Shown here: piece after piece, positions 57,810 to 64,000 of the stretch | How the letters are laid out: each line of letters begins with the position of its first letter | Position numbering within the stretch: the first letter of the stretch is position 1 | NCBI RefSeq assembly: GCF_009914755.1 | Contig: NC_060931.1 | Length of the DNA stretch: 64,000 nt | Source of the DNA: the human T2T-CHM13v2.0 reference genome, Homo sapiens | Reading direction: 5' to 3' (one strand) | Notes under the pieces: generated by a model | What the model was told of the DNA's origin: nothing | What the model saw: the letters and a program-made list of their open reading frames with translations, nothing else | The model's database searches: none | Program-made: the position numbers and the translations under genes

Positions 57810-58290
57810 AGGCCTTGTTATGTGTAGCAGGCCCGGGCACACACAGATGAAAGCAATCAGCCCTGTTCTCCAGGAGCCAGTGCATGGGGGCTCTGACACC
57901 TCCACATCCTGGAGGAGGAGGGAAGGAGGGGCTGAGGGAGCCCAACCGAGGGGCACAACAGGAGGTGTTGACGAGCCCACAAGAGCTAAGAGGGAGCCAG
58001 CAGCGGGGAAGGGCATTTCTTAAAAAGGGCACAGCAGGTGCAAAGGCCTGAGCGAGAGTGCAAGGCCCACCCAGGGGCCTGCAGACTGGAGTGTGGGGCT
58101 CTGGAGGGAAGACAGGTTCAGCTTGATCTGTGATGTGACTCCTGATGGGACAGTGAGCCTTTGGAGGGTGAGGTCATGCCCTGCGCGTCTCTGTGTCCCA
58201 GCACGACTGTGGCTGGGGCCAGCCACCTTCTCTGTGAAGGTTTTCACTGCATTCAGACTGTGCTGGGACTGGCCCCAGGAGGACTTGGAC
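57810..58290 (-). mobile_element. L2 fragment
   Basis: gatgaaagcaatcagccctgttctccaggagc...gggcacagcaggtgcaaaggcctgag...gggacagtgagcctttggaggg. Confidence 0.5.
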
Positions 58291-58293
58291 TAG

Positions 58294-58957
58294 CGTGTGT
58301 GTGAGTGAGTGTGCATGTGTGCACACATGTGTCTGTATGTGTGGACATGCATGTGAGTTTGCATGCATGTGTGTGCATATGTGTGTATGCATGTGTGAGT
58401 GTGCATGCATATGTGAGTGCATTGTGTGCACAAGTACGTGTATGTGTGTATGCATGTGAGTGGCTATGCGTGCGTATGTGTATGGGGTGTCTGCATGTGG
58501 GTGTGCATGCGTGTGTGGGTGTCTGCATATGTGTGTATGCATGTGAGTGGGTATGCGTGTGTATGTGGGTGTGCATGTGTGTGGGGGTGGGGGTGTGCAT
58601 GGGGGTGTGCATGTATGTGCATGTGTGTGTGGGTGCATGTGTGTGTGCATATATGTGTGTGATATATGTGGGTGTGTGTGCATGTGGGTGTCAATGTGTG
58701 TGCATGTGTGTATGCATTTGAGTGTGGGTGTGCATGTGTGTTCATGTGGGTGTGCACGTATGTGTGTGTGTGTGTGTTCATGTGGGTGTGCGTGTGTGGG
58801 TGTGCATGTATGTGTGGGTGTGTGCGTTTGGGGGGTGTACATGTGTGGGTGTGCATGTGTGTGGGTGGGTGTGGGTGTGCATGTATGTGGGTGTGCGTGT
58901 GGGTGTGCATGTATGTGTGCGTGTGGGTGTGTGTGTGAGTGTGCATGCATGTGTGTG
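58294..58957 (+). repeat. ~660-bp TG/TGCATG-rich degenerate tandem repeat
   Basis: Mostly alternating purine-pyrimidine; about 24 TGCATG copies counted. Confidence 0.92.
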
Positions 58958-59153
58958 TTGACTTGCTAGTGCTCACACTTACCTCTGGGGCAGAGATGTG
59001 CTTGTTAGGTGCCCCCTCCCTCTCTCCACTCCATTCCAGCAAAGGTCACTGAGTGTCCTCTCTAGTCTTAGGAACGACACTCGACAGTGGACAATGAGAA
59101 CAACCAAACACTTCCTCTCTTCCCCCCTCCCCCCATTTTGAAAAATTCTATTA

Positions 59154-60695
<1,542 letters not shown>

Positions 60696-61019
60696 CCAAA
60701 ACTTCTCTTTACTCATAGAGCAAAGGTTGTATATCTCTAAACCAAGCTTCTTCCCTTGCTTCTCTCTGTGGAAACAACAGGGTATTATCCTTCCACTCCT
60801 GTACCCAGAGAACTCCTATTCACTCTTGAAAACCCACCTCAACAGTCATCAACTCAGGGAAGCCTTATTTGTCAGGCCCCTCCTCCCCCAAAACTAAGTA
60901 AATAAAACATTTAAATAAAACATAGGTAACCCCTTTCCCCATTGTCAAGCTCTGTGCCTGCGCGAGCTTCTCTGCTTGTCCTTCTTTCGTGGTCCTGTAG
61001 TTCTTTTTTTTTTTTTTAA

Positions 61020-61241
<222 letters not shown>

Positions 61242-61663
61242 TGATCCTCCCACCTCTGCCTCCCAAAGTGCTGGGATTACAGGCATGAGCCATCGCACCC
61301 AGCCTGGTCCTGTAATTCTCTCTGGACACACTGGCCCTGTGAGCTGGAGGAGGGCAGGCGGAGCCTGGCACAGAGCAGCCTCTTGGTAGGTGTTGAGTGA
61401 ATGAGTAGGGGTGGTGAGGGGAGGCCACGGAAGGCACCCAGGCTGTGTTCCTCCCACTCCCAGCCTTGCCACGACCTACCAGGTCTCCAGCTCCTGCTGA
61501 GCTCTTGCAGGGTGGCCCCTCCCCACTTACAGCTCACTGCCTTGGACTAGGTCCCAGCCAATGGCCCGGCGGAGGTGTCCTCACTGTTCTTACCCAGTAT
61601 GACCTAGGCGGGAGCCAATAAGCACAGGGAATGAGTATCACCCTGAGGGTTCAAAAGTGTGCA

Positions 61664-61759
61664 AGGAAGGGAGGAAGGGAAGGAAGGAAGGAAGGAAGAG
61701 AAGGGAGTGGGGGAGGGAGAGAGAGAAGGAAGGAAGGAAAGAAGGAAGGAAGGAAGGGA
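61664..61759 (+). repeat. GGAA-rich microsatellite
   Basis: Interrupted runs of GGAA. Confidence 0.85.
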
Positions 61760-61761
61760 GC

Positions 61762-62290
61762 AATGAATGAATGCATACATCAAGGAATGAATGAATGCAT
61801 ATACACAAAGGAATGAATGCACACACCAAGGAATGGATGAATGAATGCACACACTAAAGAATAAATGAATGCACACAAAGGAATTAATGAATGTACACAA
61901 AGGAATGCATGCACACACCAAGGAATGAATGAATGCACACACCAAGAAATGAATGAATGAATGCACACATGAATGAATGCATACACACAAAGGAATTAAT
62001 GCACACACCAAGGGATGAATGAATGCATACACCAAGGAATGAATGAGTGTTCACACCAAGGAATGAGTGAGTGAATGAATGCACACGAAAGAAAGAATGA
62101 ATGTGCACACCAAGTAATTAGTGAATGAATGAATGCACACAAAGGAATGAATGAGTGAATGTACACACCAAGGAATTAGTCAATGAATGCACACACACAG
62201 GAATGAGTGAATGAATACACACAAAGGAATGAATGTACACATCAAGGAATTAGTGAATGAATGCACACACAGAGGAATGAGTGAATGAAC
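61762..62290 (+). repeat. VNTR, ~20-28-bp unit AAGGAATGAATGAATGCACACACC
   Basis: About 20 degenerate units visible. Confidence 0.88.
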
Positions 62291-64000
62291 CTGCCACTTG
62301 TGGAGAGTGAAAAAAGCCTGAGAGATCCCCAGATGAGGGAGCCCCCATGTGTGCCCCTGCCGTTGAGAGGCCTGGACATGCTGGTGCATGGTGTAAGGGC
62401 TTGGGCTTGGGCTGAGCTGGCTCACAGGCGACCCATCAAGTGTCACAAATGACCTTGAACCGCTGCCACAAATGACCTTGAGCAGCACGCTTCCCCTCCC
62501 GAGCCTTAGCCTCCCCAGATGTAACATGGATTAGAAGAACCACCTCATGGTGCTTTTCTGAAAATTTGGTAGGCCTAACGTGGTGGCTCTCGCCTGTAAT
62601 CCTAGCACTTTGGGAGGGAGGCCAAGGTGGGTGGATCGCTTGGGCTCGGGAGTTTGAGACCAGCCTGGGAAACATAGTGAGACCCTATCTGTTTTGTTAA
62701 AAAAAAAAAAAAAGAAAAAAAATTTGGTGGGGTGATGGGTGTGCCAGTTGGAGAGCTGTGACATTTGTTTTTTTGGTTCAACCCCAAGCCAGTGCAGACA
62801 AGTGACCCTCCCCAGCCAGCGGGCCAGGCCTCTCAGTGTCACCCTGGCTGAGGTTGTTCGTGTATGTGTGTGTGTGTGTGTCCCTTTCTTTACTGTCCTC
62901 ATTCTTTGCATCACGTGTGTGGTCTTTTCTGTCTCATACACGCACACCCGTCGCATTTGCATGCTCTGACACACAGACACACATTGATGCTTCCTTTTTT
63001 AAATTTTTTATTTTTGGAGGCAGGGTCTTGCTCTGTCGCCCAGGCTGGAGTGCAACGGCATGATCACAGTTCTCTGTAGCCTCGAACTCCTGGGCTCAAG
63101 TGATCCTCCTGCCTCAGCCTCCTGAGTAGCTGGGACCACAGGTGTGGACCACCACACCTGGCTAATTTTTTTTATTTTTGTAGAGGTGGGGTCTTGCTAT
63201 GTTGCCCAGGCTGGTACACTCCTGCTTCTTTATGTATGTATGTATTTATTCTCTTTTTAGAAAATTATTTCATTGAATCGTCCTTTAAGCACACACTTTT
63301 CTGAAGCTCTGGGGACACTTGGGGAGAAGAGGAGGGGAGGGTTCTAGCTGTCCTGTAGGGCCACATTGGTCCTGGGTGCAGGACAAGCCCAGGCAGGAGA
63401 AACGGACCCTGCTGAGGGGTCTCCTCTTTGCCTCTTCCCTGGGTCCCAGCTGGGTGGTCTCGCCTGTTCACTGCCGGGCAGGGTTGGGCAGTGCAGAGCC
63501 GAGCCCACCGCTGTGTCATCATTCCACGGGGGAAGGGGCTTGAAGGCTGCGTTGTGGGGTGATGGGAACCCGGATTTAGTTGGTATGACCCGAGCTCAGG
63601 TTTCAGCTTTGCGACATCCTTGTGGTGGGGTCTTCAGGTGGGAATTCCTCCTCTGTAAAATGAGAGCTTGTGAGAATTAAACTGGTCCCGGCATTTGGGA
63701 AACAGCCCTGTGACTCCTTCCGTCTCTTCCCTCCGGAGGGGGCGGTCCTTGAGCTCTACTGAGCCCATGCCAGCGAGAGTCGTCATGGCCGAGCCCCTGG
63801 GCCAGATTCCAAGTTCCATGCCACCTTGGCACTTACTTTTTTGGCTCCAGTCCTCTTTGGCTGTCCCCTCTGTGAAGGGCATCTAAGGTGGTGGATGGGG
63901 GAGGGGAGTTTGTTTGTTTGTTTGTTTTGGTTTTTTCTTTTTTCGAAAAGGAGTCTCACTCTGTCACCCACACTGGAGTGCAGTGGCGTGATCTCTGCTC

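Noticed and set aside
58174-59042. 258-aa His/Thr-rich and Cys/Val-rich ORFs
   Set aside because: Direct translations of the TG/CA repeat.
61762-62290. Repeat-spacer-like periodicity (CRISPR-like)
   Set aside because: Human DNA; the units are degenerate tandem copies without unique spacers, and there are no cas genes.

Overview
Human (primate) genomic DNA, GC-rich and very Alu-dense (roughly 90-100 Alu copies or fragments, about 40% of the window by eye). I identify it, from recalled sequence and not a database search, as the 5' end of GTF2IRD1 in the Williams-Beuren region (7q11.23). Bases 1 to ~15.7 kb are upstream intergenic DNA. A CpG-island promoter (~15.7-17.05 kb) contains the triple-GGATTA plus CCAAT 'GUR' autoregulatory element and non-coding exon 1, which ends at ...GGATCCTCCAAG|gtagga (16454). 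The rest of the window is the long first intron. No protein-coding exon is present: I saw no MALLGKRCDVP start, and the listed ORFs are Alu, L1, LTR, low-complexity or GC-rich artefacts. Other contents are a 3'-truncated 5S rRNA retropseudogene, a solo LTR8-family (LTR8B-like) ERV1 LTR with a 4-bp TSD and three AP-1 sites, MaLR LTRs, L1/L2/MIR/MER53 relics, a second small CpG-rich element in the intron, and several simple or tandem repeats. The most interesting observations are six non-Alu GGATTA sites around the TSS, the AP-1-loaded LTR, an 11x M-CAT (TEAD) VNTR, a UG-rich tract with ~24 UGCAUG motifs next to cryptic splice sites, a microhomology-primed tailless 5S copy, and a probable Alu-Alu inversion. 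I found no evidence of a novel coding system. The findings are cis-regulatory or genome-evolution hypotheses.
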